From: Selaginella moellendorffii
Taxonomy: Eukaryota > Plantae > Lycopodiophyta
Assembly: GCF_000143415.4 (NCBI RefSeq)
Contig: NW_003314276.1
Location: forward strand, 1,308,366 to 1,372,365
Direction: 5' to 3'
DNA length: 64,000 nucleotides
The notes beneath the pieces are model-generated. The model was given only the letters and a program-made list of their open reading frames with translations, was not told the origin of the DNA and did no database searches. A program made the translations under genes and the position numbers. This document shows positions 63,229 to 64,000 of this stretch, piece by piece (the first letter of the stretch is position 1; each line of letters begins with the position of its first letter).

Positions 63229-64000
63229 CAGTCAGGGGCCGGGCATCATCTTATCCCAAAAATGTCTTTGTCTTTGACATTAAATCCCGCGAAACAAGCA
63301 CACTTATCACTTTTAAAAGCCCGAGCTCGAAGAAATAAAATCGTCCTAAACGCTAAACAAGAGAAGATTAGCCTCGAAGTCGAGGAACTCAGAAAATCAA
63401 AGAAATCCAAAGCCTCGAAAACGTTACCACATCACCTAGTCGATCAAGCGCTGCAAAGCTGGAAGAAAATAATCTGTACAGACAGAAGAACAGTACCTAT
63501 CAGAACGAGCAGCGATTCGAAAAACACGAAAGAAGCCTTTCCAGTCTCGAGAAGGCGAGGAGGATTACTACTAACAAAGAACAAGGAGAGAGTCTCAATC
63601 ACCCAGGACGCAGAGAAGGCAAAAGATCTCGCAAGAACACGGACAAAGCAAAAGAAAAAAAACTTCGAGACGCGAATCTCACCGGGTGAGTCGCGATCCG
63701 TTTTGATGTGTCCGCTCGCAGTGGCTGCAGCCAATCCGAATGGATCCGTTCGTGTGCATCGATGAACGGGCTCCACGCCAGTTTATCCCTGGAAAATGGA
63801 AAACTCCCTCCAATTAGCACAGGCAATACTTCACATCACCTGATGTTTACCTGATGTTTATGTTGCTAGTGAGATAAGCTTCCACCACTGCTCCCTAGTA
63901 CAATAATGTAGGCAGGCGCCTTTGCTTTCCCTTTCGCTACTTTTTATCGCTCCTCTCTCTCTTGCTTCACTGCGAGCGAGAAAAATCCATCGCGGATGAG

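Overview
Eukaryotic land-plant genomic DNA: short GT-AG introns, NF-YC, MEI2-like and EMB2759-like genes. The compact gene style suggests a lycophyte such as Selaginella, but that is inference. About 1-44.7 kb is a nested transposon island and 44.7-64 kb is gene-rich. Main discovery: two divergent copies of a TIR DNA transposon (A ends at 14407; B is 23848-29622 with an 8-bp TSD). Both carry a multi-intron gene ending in a bacterial/phage-type beta-class amino-DNA-methyltransferase-like domain. In A this domain is fused downstream of a ParB/Srx domain (DGNHR). B also has a divergently oriented WRKY/GCM1-like Zn-finger gene. Both methyltransferase-like genes are decayed. The island also holds two non-autonomous LTR elements with microsatellite-rich LTRs, a TRIM nested in one of them, a Cassandra-like LTR with a 5S rRNA-derived segment, and gypsy/copia remnants. 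A ~7-kb segmental duplication carries a secreted hevein-jacalin lectin, a Fic-domain gene, an alpha/beta-hydrolase and NF-YC; in the left copy all but the lectin are pseudogenised. All homology calls come from motif recognition by eye, not from database searches.
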